Shown here: one piece after another, positions 10,509 through 20,938 of the stretch
Layout: every line of letters begins with the position of its first letter
How positions within the stretch are numbered: position 1 is the first letter of the stretch
NCBI GenBank assembly: GCA_963663895.2
Contig: CAXXRD010000002.1
Span: 608,001-672,000 of the forward strand
Direction: 5' to 3'
Length of the DNA stretch: 64,000 nucleotides
From: Dehalococcoidia bacterium
Lineage (GTDB): Bacteria > Chloroflexota > Dehalococcoidia > Bin125
Made by a program: the position numbers and the translations under genes
The notes under the pieces: generated by a model
What the model saw: the letters and a program-made list of their open reading frames with translations, nothing else
Told to the model about the DNA's origin: nothing
The model's database searches: none

Positions 10509-10588
10509 GGCTCTCCTTTCGTCATGGGCCCCGCGCCCCGGAGCCGCGCGTCCGTCCTGCAGGGCGCCGCCGGAGCATAGCCGGTTCG

Positions 10589-11617
10589 CTAGAGCGCGTC
10601 GCCGAAGATCTCGATCAGGCGGCGCGTCTCCTTGACTTTATCGGCGCCGGTCAGCGCCACGGTCGTGCTCCAGAGGAAGAACGAGTCGACCAGCCCATCG
10701 AACTCGGCGACCCGCTCCAGGCACTCCTCGGGGCTGCCGCGGATGAGGAACGTGTCGGCCATGTCGTCGCTCACGGCGGCGACCACGCCCTCGAAATCAT
10801 TGGCCGCGATCGCCTCGCGGGCCGCCGTCACCTCCTCCTCGAAACCGTGCTGGATGAGCAGCTCCTGGTGGTAGTCGATGCCCATGAAGATGGCAGCGGC
10901 CGCGTAGCGCCACCAGCGCACGGCCTCCTCGGCACGTTCCTTGTCGTCGGTGAAGACGATGGGCCGGCCGGCATCGAGCCAGAGGTCGTCGAGGGTCCGG
11001 CCGGACTTGGCCGCGCCCTCGGCGATGGCGGGGCGTGCGACGCCGCGCAGGAAGTCCAGCGTGAAGTTCCAGTTGAAGAGCACGCCGTCGGCGATCTCGC
11101 CCGCCGTGCGCAGCATGCCGGGACGGCTCGCCCCGATCATGATGGGGAGGTGGGGCCGTGGCGGCGGCTCGAACATGCGGTAGCCGCGCACCTGGTAGAA
11201 CTCTCCCTCGTAGTCAACGGGGGTGTTTTGATCGGAGGCCCACAACAGCCGCAGCAGCTCCACGTACTCGCGCATGCGGGAGTCTGGGCGCTGCGGATCG
11301 ATGCCGTGGAAGTCGCGGTTCCAGACCCCCGGCATGCTGCCGAGGCCGAGGACGAGGCGGCCCTTGCTGATCAGATCGACATCGCGGCAGGCGCGCGCCA
11401 TGTTGACCGGCGTCCGGGTCCACGTCGCGACGTTGCTGACGAGCTGGATCCGGTCGGTGACGACGGCCATCGCCGCCAGGTAAGTGAGGCTGTCGCGGAT
11501 GAACTCCGGCACGGAGGTCGACTGAAAGCCGGCGTCTTCCGCCTCCTTGGCGAGAGCGAGAGCGTCGTCGTAGGGCAGGTCGGCGAGGTTGATATTGAGG
11601 GCGGGCAGCTTGGACAT
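10589..11617 (-). CDS. LLM class (luciferase-like, probably F420-dependent) oxidoreductase
   Basis: TDRIQL, SKGRLVLGLG, EGEFYQ, AGEIADG, GSPEEC pattern. Confidence 0.85.
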   Translation of the reverse strand: MSKLPALNINLADLPYDDALALAKEAEDAGFQSTSVPEFIRDSLTYLAAMAVVTDRIQLVSNVATWTRTPVNMARACRDVDLISKGRLVLGLGSMPGVWNRDFHGIDPQRPDSRMREYVELLRLLWASDQNTPVDYEGEFYQVRGYRMFEPPPRPHLPIMIGASRPGMLRTAGEIADGVLFNWNFTLDFLRGVARPAIAEGAAKSGRTLDDLWLDAGRPIVFTDDKERAEEAVRWWRYAAAAIFMGIDYHQELLIQHGFEEEVTAAREAIAANDFEGVVAAVSDDMADTFLIRGSPEECLERVAEFDGLVDSFFLWSTTVALTGADKVKETRRLIEIFGDAL

Positions 11618-11636
11618 CTCGTTCCTCCTGTGTGCT

Positions 11637-12020
11637 TCAAGGCGGCGGCAGTCGTTGATCGGACGGCGCGGCGCGCGCCGGCGGGAGCAGGAAAGCGGCC
11701 AGGACGCCGATCAGATTGAGCCCCAGCCCCAGCGCGGCGCCGAGCCAGCGTGAGCGGCCCTTGCCGCCCGCGATCCACACGCTTGCGATGATGCTGCCGA
11801 TCCAAACAAGAATCAGCAAGATGGAGAAGGTGGTCGGGATCACGGCAGCGAATAGGGCGCTGATGAGTAGGCCGAGGGTGAGCACGAGCCCGATCGCGCC
11901 ACCGGTCGACCACGACCCGCCGTTCATATTGGCGACGGTCGCGCCGGCGGCGATGCCAACGAACAGGACGAGCAAAACGACGAATGAGGGGACGGAGGCG
12001 GACTCTTCCACGCCGTCCAT
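11637..12020 (-). CDS. Small multi-pass membrane protein
   Basis: ATG 12020 (MDGVEE); ~4 hydrophobic segments; KGRSRWLGAALGLGLNLIGVL. Confidence 0.65.
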   Translation of the reverse strand: MDGVEESASVPSFVVLLVLFVGIAAGATVANMNGGSWSTGGAIGLVLTLGLLISALFAAVIPTTFSILLILVWIGSIIASVWIAGGKGRSRWLGAALGLGLNLIGVLAAFLLPPARAAPSDQRLPPP

Positions 12021-12143
12021 TGCGAGCCCCTTCGCGCCGAGCCTACCCGCGCCGGACAAGCGTTGCGCACGCCCGCGGCGCCTCTCTCCGGCAGGCAAGA
12101 GCAGGGTACACGCGCGGCGCCGGCGATGGAGCCCGTCCGCGCG

Positions 12144-12677
12144 TTAAGGGACTCCCCGCGGAGACGACGCCACGGGGGTTCCGCACTGGGAGCAGAAGTG
12201 GTCCATGGAGTGCAGACCGGCTCCACAGGATCGACACTTGCCCACTTCCATATCGAGGCGGGGGAGGGCGACGCGCGACGGGAGTGACAGCCGGAGCAGC
12301 AGCAGCATGCTTCGATCCGCCGGAAGTAAGGCGACGATCAGAACGCCGACTAAATTGAGCCCCAGCCCCAGTACGACGCCGAACCACTGCGAGCGGCCCT
12401 GCCAGCGAGCGAGGATGCCGGCGGCGGCGACGCTGCCCACCCAAACGATGAAGAAGGCGACGATGAGCGGGATGGCGATGACGGACGGGAGCTCGAACGC
12501 CACCAAGAGAACGCCGACGACGCCGACGAGGAAGCCGAAGCTGAGCGTGAACCCCAGCGCGGCGCCGTAGGACCGTGGTCGGCCCTGCCGCGGCGCGAGG
12601 ATGACGCCCGCGAAGCTGCTGCCGATCAGAGCGACCGCAGCGCTGATATAGAGAGCCCGGATCGTGATCTCATCCAT
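12144..12677 (-). CDS. Membrane protein with C-terminal zinc ribbon
   Basis: ATG 12677 (MDEITIRAL); hydrophobic segments; QGRSQWFGVVLGLGLNLVGVL; CRSCG..FCSQCG. Confidence 0.7.
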   Translation of the reverse strand: MDEITIRALYISAAVALIGSSFAGVILAPRQGRPRSYGAALGFTLSFGFLVGVVGVLLVAFELPSVIAIPLIVAFFIVWVGSVAAAGILARWQGRSQWFGVVLGLGLNLVGVLIVALLPADRSMLLLLRLSLPSRVALPRLDMEVGKCRSCGAGLHSMDHFCSQCGTPVASSPRGVP

Positions 12678-12861
12678 CCCGAACCCCTCCGCGTCGTCGC
12701 GCACGGATTCGTCAGCAGTGACTCTAGCGCGGTGGGAACGATATGTAATATGCGGGCCGGGTACATGCGGCGCGACTAGACTTCGCCGATGCGACTGATC
12801 GGCTCCGCGGGAACGGCGCGCGCGACGGCGCCTGCCCCGCCAGCCTGCGAGGGAGGCGCTC

Positions 12862-13647
12862 GTGAACTCGCGTTTCGAGGGACGCTTCGAGGGAAAGGTG
12901 GCGCTGATCACGGGCGCCGGAGGCGGGATCGGCCGCGCGGCGGCGGAGCGGTTCGCGGCGGAGGGCGCGCGGGTCGTGCTGGTCGACGTGGCGGCGCCAG
13001 CGCTGGAGGAGCAGGTCGCGGCGATCGAGGCGGCGGGCGGGCGCGCTCACGGTGTGACGGCGGATGTCAGCATGGCCTCGGAGGTGCGGCGCTACGTGGC
13101 GGAGGCGCGGGAGCACTTCGGCGGGATCGACTACTTCTTCAACAACGCGGCGATCGAGGGGCTGATCGCGCCGATGGTCGACTACCCCGAGGAGATCTGG
13201 TCGCGCGTCTTCGACGTCAACGTGAAGGGCGTCTGGCTGGGACTGAAGCACGTGGCGCCGGCGATGCGCGAGCGGGGCGGCGGCGCGATCGTGATCACGT
13301 CCTCGACCTCGGGGCTGCGCGGCGAGGCCAACAACTCCGCCTACAACGCCAGCAAGCACGCGGTGCTGGGCATCACGCGGACGGCGGCGCAAGAGTTCGC
13401 ACCCTGGTCGATCCGGGTGAACGCGATCTGTCCCGGGCCGGTGGAGACGGGGATGCTGCACCGGATCGAGACCATGATCAATCCCGCGCACCCAGAGCAG
13501 GCGCAGGCGGAGTTCGAGCAATGGCCGCTGCTGAAGCGCTACGGCCGACCGGCCGAGATCGCGGCGATGGCGGCCTTCCTCTGCAGCGACGACGCATCGT
13601 ACGTGACGGGCGGCATCTACGTGGTCGACGGGGGGACGGTGGCGTAA
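12862..13647 (+). CDS. SDR family NAD(P)-dependent oxidoreductase
   Basis: TGAGGGIG, NNAA, YNASK catalytic motif. Confidence 0.93.
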   Translation: MNSRFEGRFEGKVALITGAGGGIGRAAAERFAAEGARVVLVDVAAPALEEQVAAIEAAGGRAHGVTADVSMASEVRRYVAEAREHFGGIDYFFNNAAIEGLIAPMVDYPEEIWSRVFDVNVKGVWLGLKHVAPAMRERGGGAIVITSSTSGLRGEANNSAYNASKHAVLGITRTAAQEFAPWSIRVNAICPGPVETGMLHRIETMINPAHPEQAQAEFEQWPLLKRYGRPAEIAAMAAFLCSDDASYVTGGIYVVDGGTVA

Positions 13648-13663
13648 AGAGCGGCGGGGGCGG

Positions 13664-14356
13664 CTAGCGAGCGTCGGCGCCGTCCCCCGATTCGGCCGCC
13701 GCCTCCTCGCGATCCCGCTTGCAGCGCGCCACGAGCGCGCGAAACTTGGGGCCCTGCTCGTCATCGCGGCGGAGGTTGGCGAGGTCGTTGTCGATCTCGG
13801 CGAAGCCGAAGGCACCGAAGTCGATCGCGAAAGCCCGCTCGAGATCGGCCAGAGCCTCGGCCGGCCGCTCAAGCTGCGAGAGGGCGCAGGCTCGGTCGTA
13901 GAGGGTGGCGGCGTGGTCCGGACGGAGCGCCAGGGCCGCGTCGGTGGCGGCGAGGGCGTCGTCGTAGCGGCCGAGGATCAGCAGGAGGCTGGCGTAGGTG
14001 CTGCGGTTCTCGGGGTCGTCCGGCTCCAGCTTCAGCGCTCTGTCCATCGAGCGCAGCGCGGCCAGACCACGGTTGAGGCCGGCTAAGGCGATCGCGCGCC
14101 GCCCCAGCGTCGCCGCGTCGTCGGCCTCAAGCTCCAGTGCCCGGTCGTAGGCAGCGAGGGCATCTTCATAGCGCTGCAGCGCGGCCAGCGCGGCGCCGCG
14201 CTGCGCGTGGGACTTGGCGTGATCGGGATCGAGCGCGATGGCCCGGTCGAAGGCTTCGATCGCGTGCTCGTGCCGCCCGTCCTTGGCAAGCTCCACGCCC
14301 CAGCCGTGGTGCGTGTTGGGGTCATCGACATCGAGCCGGACACGTTTGGGGGCCAA
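13664..14356 (-). CDS. Tetratricopeptide repeat protein
   Basis: Repeated 34-aa units (AIEAFDRAIALDPD, ALAAYDRALELEAD...); start codon (TTG) uncertain. Confidence 0.85.
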   Translation of the reverse strand: MAPKRVRLDVDDPNTHHGWGVELAKDGRHEHAIEAFDRAIALDPDHAKSHAQRGAALAALQRYEDALAAYDRALELEADDAATLGRRAIALAGLNRGLAALRSMDRALKLEPDDPENRSTYASLLLILGRYDDALAATDAALALRPDHAATLYDRACALSQLERPAEALADLERAFAIDFGAFGFAEIDNDLANLRRDDEQGPKFRALVARCKRDREEAAAESGDGADAR

Positions 14357-14475
14357 GACCGCACCACCGCTTCCATGCGCCGTTCACGGCAGCTCCAATA
14401 TAAAACCGCGCCATCGGTAATGCAGGATAATGCGCGGCACGATCGCGGCGGGGCGCGTCTGGTTAGGATCGGGCC

Positions 14476-15381
14476 ATGGCACTGGATCTCACCGGGGTGA
14501 TGGTGGCGACGGTGACGCCATTCACGCGCGGCGGCGCGGCGGTCGACCATGACTGGATCCCTCCGCACCTGCGCTTCCTCGAGCAGGCCGGCATCAGCTC
14601 GGTGTTCACGCTGGGAACGAACGGCGAGGGCCCGTCGGTTGGCGTGGCGGAGCGGCGGCAGGTCGTGGAGACGGTGGTCGCGCATCAGGGCGGACTGGGC
14701 GTCGTGGCGGGCGCCGGAACGGCCGCGCTGCCCGATACGATCCGGGCCGCCAACGACGCCCTGGAGGCGGGGGCGGACGCCGTGGCGATCCTGCCGCCGT
14801 TCTTCGAGGCGCAGGTGGACGCGGCCGGGCTGCTGGGATACTTCGACGCCGTGCTGGAGGCGCTCCCAGCGCCGGGGCGCGTCCTGCTCTACAACATTCC
14901 CCACAAGGCGCAGGTCGACATCCCGGACGATGTCGTGTTGGCGCTGCTCGATCTCCACGGCGAGCGGGTGATCGGGATCAAGGATTCGAGCGGGGTCGTG
15001 GAGCGCACGAGCCGCTATCTTGCGATCGCGGAGCGCTTTCCCACGTTCACGGTGCTGGCGGGCGCCGACGCGCATCACGATCGGCTGTATGCGGCCGGCT
15101 GCAGGGGCGCGGTGACGGGGCTGGGCAACGCGGTGCCGCACCTCGTGCTTGGAATCCAGGCGGCGCACCGGAGCGGCCGCGATGCCGGGCGCGTGCAGCG
15201 GGAGCTGGAGCGACTGCGGGCGCTGCTCGCGCCCTACCCGTCGCTCGCGGCGTTGAAGCAGCTGATCGGGATCACCGCACGGCTTCCCGTCACGTGCGTG
15301 CGACCGCCGCACCGGGACTTGACGGCCGATGAGCAACGGGAGTTCGAAGCGGCGGTCGTCGCCTATCTACGCGGAGAGTGA
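14476..15381 (+). CDS. Dihydrodipicolinate synthase (DapA/NanA) family aldolase
   Basis: GTNGEG, LLYNIP, GIKDSSG. Confidence 0.88.
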   Translation: MALDLTGVMVATVTPFTRGGAAVDHDWIPPHLRFLEQAGISSVFTLGTNGEGPSVGVAERRQVVETVVAHQGGLGVVAGAGTAALPDTIRAANDALEAGADAVAILPPFFEAQVDAAGLLGYFDAVLEALPAPGRVLLYNIPHKAQVDIPDDVVLALLDLHGERVIGIKDSSGVVERTSRYLAIAERFPTFTVLAGADAHHDRLYAAGCRGAVTGLGNAVPHLVLGIQAAHRSGRDAGRVQRELERLRALLAPYPSLAALKQLIGITARLPVTCVRPPHRDLTADEQREFEAAVVAYLRGE

Positions 15382-15424
15382 CAAGTATACTGTCAGCCGG
15401 TCAGCGCAGCCGAGGACGTAGGCC

Positions 15425-16108
15425 ATGCGCATCCTGATCGCCGACGACGAGCCGCACATCCGTGAGCTGGTGCGCATGTACCTCTCGAAAGAGGGGTACG
15501 AGATCGAGAGCGCGGTCGACGGACAGGACGCAGTGGAGAAGGCGCAGAGCAGTAACCCGGATCTGATCGTGCTGGACCTCATGATGCCGCGATTGGACGG
15601 CTTCGAGGTGACGCGAATCATTCGCGAGCGCTCCGATGTGCCGATCTTGATGCTGACGGTGCGCAAGGAGGACGCGATCAAGGTCACGGGATTGGAGCTG
15701 GGCGCAGACGACTACCTGACGAAACCCTTCAACCCCAAGGAGCTGGTAGCGCGGGTGAAGGCGATCCTGCGCCGCGCGGACGGCCTGCGACGCTCGGGGA
15801 TCGAAGTACGCGTGGGGAAGTTGCACCTGAACCGGCAGCGCCGCGAAGCCACACTCGACGGCGAGCCGTTGAAGCTGCGCACCAAGGAGTTTGACCTGCT
15901 ATTCACGCTGGCGCAGAACGCGGGCGCGGCTCTCTCGCGCGAGCAGTTGTTGAGCCTGGTCTGGGGCTACACGTTCGCCGGGGAAACGCGGACGGTGGAC
16001 GTACACATCAACCACTTGCGCCAGCGGTTGCAAGATCGCGGCGTGCAGATCGAAACGCTGCGCGGCGTGGGGTACAAACTGACGGCCACGCCCCATGGCA
16101 ACGAGTAG
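15425..16108 (+). CDS. OmpR/PhoB family response regulator
   Basis: DD, LDLMMP, GADDYLTKPF, VDVHI..LR, TLRGVGY. Confidence 0.95.
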   Translation: MRILIADDEPHIRELVRMYLSKEGYEIESAVDGQDAVEKAQSSNPDLIVLDLMMPRLDGFEVTRIIRERSDVPILMLTVRKEDAIKVTGLELGADDYLTKPFNPKELVARVKAILRRADGLRRSGIEVRVGKLHLNRQRREATLDGEPLKLRTKEFDLLFTLAQNAGAALSREQLLSLVWGYTFAGETRTVDVHINHLRQRLQDRGVQIETLRGVGYKLTATPHGNE

Positions 16109-17606
16109 CGTCGGGCTGCCGCTCCCCGCGTCCCGCCTGCGGCGACCGCCGCAGGCGTTGCCGCCGCTGCTCGGGGGGATCCGGGCACGGGTCTATCTGA
16201 CCCTGGCCCTCGTCATCGCGGTGACGCTGGTCATCGCGGGCATCGTGTTGTTCTTCCTCTTGGGCGGCTACCAGGACAGGCTCGCAGCCTCGACGCTACG
16301 ACAGATCGGCGGACCCGTGTACGAGTCGGTGACGACGCTGGCCGATGCGAACTTCCAAGCGTTCGAAGTGAGCCGGCAGCTCCAAGGGACGGTCGGCGGC
16401 GAGTCCGACGTGCTGATCCTGTTCGTAGAGGCCAGCGGCCGGGTGGTCAGCGAGGCTAGCCGCGACCCGCGCTTCCGGGGCGAGGTGCTGGAGATCGAAC
16501 TGGCGGCGGCGGGCGTAGGGTCGGCGGGCTTCATCGACGGGACATTGATCGCGCGCGACGGCACGCGGCTCAACTACGCCGCCACGGGCTTGGAGCCGAC
16601 GGCGGCCGAGCGCTTCAACGCCTCCCACGTGGTTTTTGCGCTGCCCAACGAAAACCGGCAAGCGGTGCTGGGCGACCTGACGCCGCGGCTGATCATCGCG
16701 GGGGGGTTCGCGCTGCTGGCAGCGATCATCTTGGCGCTCCTGCTTTCGCGCAGCATTTACCGGCCGCTGGAGGCGACCACGGCGGCGGCGCGCAGCGTGG
16801 CGCGCGGACGCTACGACCACAAGGTCGGCGTGACCGGCAGCAAGGAAGCGCGCGAGCTGGCGGAGTCGTTCAACCAGATGCTGGAAGAGGTGCGGAACCA
16901 ACAGGCGGCGCTTCGCGATTTCCTGGCCAACGTCTCGCACGATCTGCAGACGCCGCTGACATCGATCAACGGCTTCTCGCAGGCGCTGCTGGACGGGACG
17001 ATCGAGGACGACGAATCGCAGTCGAACGCCTACCGGATCATTGAGGAGGAGTCGCGGCGATTGCTGCGGCTCGTGGAGGGGCTGCTGGATCTCTCGCGCA
17101 TGGAGGCCGGGCAGCTAGAGCTGGAGCTGGAGCCGCTCAATGTCGATGAGCTCCTCCGGCACGTCCACGACCTCTTCGCGCTTCGCGCCGAGGATCTGGA
17201 CACCGAGTTGGTCATGGAGGCGGAGGCGGTGTCTCAAGTGATCGGCGACGCCGACCGCCTGGAGCAGGTGCTCGCCAACCTCGTCGACAACGCGCTGCGC
17301 TACACGCCGCCGGGCGGTCGAGTCGTGCTGAGCACGCGCCAGGAGAGCGAAGCGACGGTGAGCGTGAGTGTGACGGACAGCGGGCCGGGGATTCGCGCGG
17401 AGGAAGTCCCGCACTTGTTCGACCGCTTCTACAAAGGCGGACGCCAAGGGGGCACGGGATTGGGGCTCGCGATCGCCCGGGAGCTGGTCCGCGCGCAGCG
17501 CGGCGAGATTCAGATCGCGAGCACGCCGGGCGAGGGAACAACATTCCGCGTGTTTCTCCGGACGGCCCTGCACCGGGGCGGGCCTCCTCGCCGGACGCTC
17601 ACGTGA
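16095..17606 (+). CDS. HAMP-domain sensor histidine kinase
   Basis: Two TM segments, SHDLQTPLT H-box, NLVDNA, DSGPGI, GTGLGL. Confidence 0.95.
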   Translation: MATSSVGLPLPASRLRRPPQALPPLLGGIRARVYLTLALVIAVTLVIAGIVLFFLLGGYQDRLAASTLRQIGGPVYESVTTLADANFQAFEVSRQLQGTVGGESDVLILFVEASGRVVSEASRDPRFRGEVLEIELAAAGVGSAGFIDGTLIARDGTRLNYAATGLEPTAAERFNASHVVFALPNENRQAVLGDLTPRLIIAGGFALLAAIILALLLSRSIYRPLEATTAAARSVARGRYDHKVGVTGSKEARELAESFNQMLEEVRNQQAALRDFLANVSHDLQTPLTSINGFSQALLDGTIEDDESQSNAYRIIEEESRRLLRLVEGLLDLSRMEAGQLELELEPLNVDELLRHVHDLFALRAEDLDTELVMEAEAVSQVIGDADRLEQVLANLVDNALRYTPPGGRVVLSTRQESEATVSVSVTDSGPGIRAEEVPHLFDRFYKGGRQGGTGLGLAIARELVRAQRGEIQIASTPGEGTTFRVFLRTALHRGGPPRRTLT

Positions 17607-18361
17607 GCCGACGGCCGGCGACGGCCTGGGTAACGCTGCGAGCTGTGGGGGCCGGGCTGGCGGCGCTGATGGCGCTGGTGGCCGCAAGCGCCTGCGGGAG
17701 CGAGAGGCCGGACGCCGTGCCCCCCGCACCCCAGCCGCCGGAGCCGGTCTGCGGTCCGGACGTGAACGCGCGCATTGAGGCGGCGGATCTGTCGCCCAAC
17801 TTCGAGGAGATCAGTTTCTATCACGACATCCCGGGGCTGCTGCTGGACAGCAGCGATCCGGTGCTATCGGAGCTCGGATCGCTGGCGCACGAGCCCGCCC
17901 ACTCCGACGGGCAGGGATTCGCCAACCCGGAAACGGGCGAGTTGCTGTTCGTGATCACGCTCGTCCTGAACTCACCCGCCGCTGCACAGGACGCGCTGGA
18001 CTACATCATCGCGCAACCGATCGGGACGATCTTTGAGTTCATCAGTCCCGACGAGCAGCTCTTCGAGAGTGCGGATCTCACACCCCCGGGGCTCGGCGAC
18101 CGCGCCGCGCGCTACACGTTGCGTTACGGCGTCGAGGAAGCAGGACGGCGCATCCGAGACGTGGCGACGGACCTCGTCATGTTCACGGACGGCTGCAGCC
18201 TGCTGTTCTTGGTGCAGTCCGTCAACATCGCCGACAAGCCACGCTTGGGAGAGAGCGCCGATATCGCGGCCGCGGGCCGTGCCATCAGCGAGGCGCTCGC
18301 CGAGGGACGCGCGGCCCAGGCGGCACAATTGAGGGAGGCGGAGGAGCCGCTGTCACCTTAG
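17603..18361 (+). CDS. Putative lipoprotein, unknown function
   Basis: Hydrophobic leader ending ASAC; 4-bp overlap with kinase stop. Confidence 0.7.
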   Translation: MSRRPATAWVTLRAVGAGLAALMALVAASACGSERPDAVPPAPQPPEPVCGPDVNARIEAADLSPNFEEISFYHDIPGLLLDSSDPVLSELGSLAHEPAHSDGQGFANPETGELLFVITLVLNSPAAAQDALDYIIAQPIGTIFEFISPDEQLFESADLTPPGLGDRAARYTLRYGVEEAGRRIRDVATDLVMFTDGCSLLFLVQSVNIADKPRLGESADIAAAGRAISEALAEGRAAQAAQLREAEEPLSP

Positions 18362-20793
18362 GAGGACGCTGCCGGCCAGACGCCGCTCTGGCCCTCCTCA
18401 AGGAATACCCAGACGCCCTGGAAGTGGTCGAGCCGGTCCAACGTGCCGAGGGTGGGAAGGCGTGGATAGAACACACGGAATGACTGATCCACTGCGTCCC
18501 AAGCCAGGATCACTTCGACATTCGTACTGGCGTTGGTGGCGGCCGCCGCGATATCGCTGCCAGCGCCGACCCAAGCGATGATCTGCCAGCCGGGGACGAT
18601 CCGCGCGGGACCGAACGACACGCGCGTCTGCCGCCATTGAATCGGAGGACCGGGCCCGACCAAGATCCACAGCCCCTGACCGGTGCGGATCTCGCCGATC
18701 TGGAAACGCGGGTTGCCGGGAACGGCATTCGCCCAGGCGCTGCCGTCCCATGTGAAGAGACGCAGCACGCGTGCCGGAAGGCTAGCGAAGATGTTCGTGC
18801 TGGAGCTGGGCGCGCCGGCCCAACCGACAAGGTTCCAACCTTCGACCAACTCGACATCGAACGGCAGCGCGAGGACGACGGGCGCTGAAAGCGGCGAGAC
18901 GGCGCCGCCACGGGAAGCGGCGGCGGTAATCGCGACGACGGCCGCAGTCTCGTCGAAGGCAGCGAGCGAGACGGTCATGCTGAAGTGGCCGCTCTCGTCG
19001 GGTCGTGCGCGAGCGATGGCGCCAGCGGGCAGCGCCGCGCCCGGCTCGTCGGTCGGCGCCGCGGCCGGATCATCCGGCGGATCCTCAGCCGACGAGTCGC
19101 CGCCCGTCTCGCCGCCGTCCGTCTCCCGAGATGGATCGTCCGCGTCGGCGACCGTGAGCAGTATCCCGCTGCCACTGGCTGCGATCTGTGTGGAGGTGCC
19201 GTTGGTTACGCCGGTGGTAACAGCGTTGGCAGCAGCGGTATCGACGAAGATGGTCACGGCGCTTTCCGCTTCCGCTTGGCCCTCGATCTCGACATCGTCG
19301 CCGACGACCTCGGCGCGCACGAGAAGTGGCGCGGCCGGGACCTGCGCCGCAAAGGTCCGCAACGTCAAGCCGATGTTGATCAGTCCGCCGCCGTTCTCGC
19401 CACCGTCCCAGTTGGGCCGGTCGCCATCCGGGAGATCCTCGGAGCCTGCCTGTAAAAGGACACGAACGTCCGGCAGCGTGGTGACGGGAGCCACCGCGAG
19501 GATGAGCACGATCGTGCCGGTGATGAAGGGCGCCGAGAACGAGGTGCCGGTGGCGAACCCGTACTCCGGCTCGCCCGTGCTGGAAACCGATGTGGTGGGA
19601 ATGTCGACGCCGGGTGCGACGAACTCGATCTCCGGGCCGGCGGGCGTGAACAGGGTCGGCCCGAAGGCCGCTGCGGTGACGAGTTCCGAGTTCGCCTCTT
19701 CCTCGGCTGAGACGTCAGCAGGGATAGCTTGGCCCTCGGCAGAGCCGACGGCGATCACATTTGGCAGCGCGGCCGGGAAAGCGACGGCACCGTCGTTGTT
19801 CCCCGCAGCGGCGATGACGATCAGACCCGCTTCGGTGGCGGCATCCACCGCCGCGCGGGCGGCGGCCGGGAGATCGCTGGCGGAGAGACTGATGTTAACC
19901 ACGTCCGCGCCGGTGACGATCGCGTAGTCCAGCGCGGCGACGAGGCCGGCCGAGCGCCCCGTGCCCTCCGGGTTCATGATCCGGAGCGGCATGATCGATG
20001 CTTCCCAGGCCGTACCGACGATTCCAAAGCCGTTGCGGCCAACGGCCGCGAGGATGCCGGCCACCTGTGTGCCGTGCGCAAAGGCGTCGTCCGGCACGCC
20101 GTCGTGATCCTGGTCCTGCCCGTCGCCGAGCGCGGGGTCTCCCGGCCTCACATCCGGGTCGGGGTCCTCGTTGGTCTCGCCCTCTTCGTCCCCCGCCCAA
20201 TTGCCAACGAAATCGTAGCCATGGACGTCGTCGATGAAGCCGTTGCCATCGTCGTCTTCGCCATTGCCTGGAACTTCAGCGGGATTGGTCCAGATGTTGG
20301 CCGCGAGATCGGGATGGTCGAGGTCCACCGCGCCATCGACCAGGGCCACGACGATGTCGCGGCTGCCCGTGCTCACACGCCAGGCCCCGGGACCGTCCAA
20401 CTGCTGGTAGATCGCGGCCTGTTGCTCCGCGTAGCGCGGATCTGTCGGGACCACCTGCGCCACGTGCAGGTGGTAGTTGGGCTCCGCGAACTCAACCAAA
20501 TCCGCAGCGAGGAGCTGCCGCTGCGCCTCCGCAAGCGAGCCCCGTGCAATCCGCAAGCGCACGACGCCGCTCGACGGGTAGCTGTCGAGAACGGTGATGC
20601 CGAGGGCACGAAAGATGGCGGCGCGGCTGCCGTCCGAGAACTCATCGTGAAAGCGGACGAGCAGCTCGTCGGCAACGAAACGGGCCTCGGCAGCGCGGGC
20701 GGGGGCGGCCGATCCCGGCGTCTGCACGGCGAGAGCCAGCGTTGCGACGAGCGCAACGGCCAGCGCCACCCGCACGATGCCTCTCAACGTCAT
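18358..20793 (-). CDS. Secreted S8 (subtilisin-like) serine peptidase with C-terminal surface domains
   Basis: Signal peptide from ATG 20793; VALVD, HGTQVAG, AAAGN, GTSFSAP catalytic motifs; C-terminal GWNLVGW-type repeats. Confidence 0.9.
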   Translation of the reverse strand: MTLRGIVRVALAVALVATLALAVQTPGSAAPARAAEARFVADELLVRFHDEFSDGSRAAIFRALGITVLDSYPSSGVVRLRIARGSLAEAQRQLLAADLVEFAEPNYHLHVAQVVPTDPRYAEQQAAIYQQLDGPGAWRVSTGSRDIVVALVDGAVDLDHPDLAANIWTNPAEVPGNGEDDDGNGFIDDVHGYDFVGNWAGDEEGETNEDPDPDVRPGDPALGDGQDQDHDGVPDDAFAHGTQVAGILAAVGRNGFGIVGTAWEASIMPLRIMNPEGTGRSAGLVAALDYAIVTGADVVNISLSASDLPAAARAAVDAATEAGLIVIAAAGNNDGAVAFPAALPNVIAVGSAEGQAIPADVSAEEEANSELVTAAAFGPTLFTPAGPEIEFVAPGVDIPTTSVSSTGEPEYGFATGTSFSAPFITGTIVLILAVAPVTTLPDVRVLLQAGSEDLPDGDRPNWDGGENGGGLINIGLTLRTFAAQVPAAPLLVRAEVVGDDVEIEGQAEAESAVTIFVDTAAANAVTTGVTNGTSTQIAASGSGILLTVADADDPSRETDGGETGGDSSAEDPPDDPAAAPTDEPGAALPAGAIARARPDESGHFSMTVSLAAFDETAAVVAITAAASRGGAVSPLSAPVVLALPFDVELVEGWNLVGWAGAPSSSTNIFASLPARVLRLFTWDGSAWANAVPGNPRFQIGEIRTGQGLWILVGPGPPIQWRQTRVSFGPARIVPGWQIIAWVGAGSDIAAAATNASTNVEVILAWDAVDQSFRVFYPRLPTLGTLDRLDHFQGVWVFLEEGQSGVWPAASS

Positions 20794-20938
20794 GCCGACC
20801 TCAAGCGCTTGCGTTAGCGTAGCGGTCTGCAATACGGGGTACAGCCGTGCGGGCAAAGATCCCGCTCCCCGCCGCGGGACCGGCGATAAAATAGGGCCCT
20901 TCGGAGTGGGTCCGGGACGCGAACCGGCGAGGACGACC

